Assembly: GCA_951406725.2 (NCBI GenBank)
Contig: OX597835.1
Coordinates: 40,672,001-40,736,000 of the forward strand
Source: Octopus vulgaris
Lineage: Eukaryota
Length of the DNA stretch: 64,000 nucleotides
Direction: 5' to 3'
Part shown: piece after piece, positions 63,960 to 64,000 of the stretch
Numbering within the stretch: the stretch's first letter is position 1
Layout of the letters: each line of letters opens with the position of its first letter
Made by a program: the position numbers and the translations under genes
Notes under the pieces: model-generated
Seen by the model: only the letters and a program-made list of their open reading frames with translations
Told to the model about the DNA's origin: nothing
Database searches by the model: none

Positions 63960-64000
63960 TTATCGAATACACGTGTGCTTACAAATGTATGCTTAAACAC

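Overview
Eukaryotic, AT-rich, repeat-saturated DNA. The SINE families, RTE/CR1/Dong/Penelope fragments and microsatellite load look like an octopus (coleoid cephalopod) genome; this is an inference from recalled repeat families, not a database result. Almost all ORF-track entries are artefacts of microsatellites and SINEs. One real host exon is recognisable: a minus-strand, splice-site-bounded exon (8163-8415) encoding the N-terminal membrane region of an LPGAT1-like lysophospholipid acyltransferase. A candidate upstream exon and promoter lie at ~63.1-63.5 kb, which would make most of the window a ~55 kb intron containing several candidate alternative 5' exons. That intron holds three Tc1/mariner-type elements with intact ends plus a remnant, MITEs, Helitron-like elements, LINE fragments and dozens of SINEs. 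Most notable: (1) minimal hammerhead-ribozyme-like motifs in Penelope-type termini, all antisense to the host gene; (2) a tRNA-SINE recurring as head-to-tail multimers with one fixed junction and with target-site duplications overlapping that junction; (3) several long inverted repeats, and inverted SINE pairs flanking the ATG exon (candidate dsRNA, editing or circRNA substrates).
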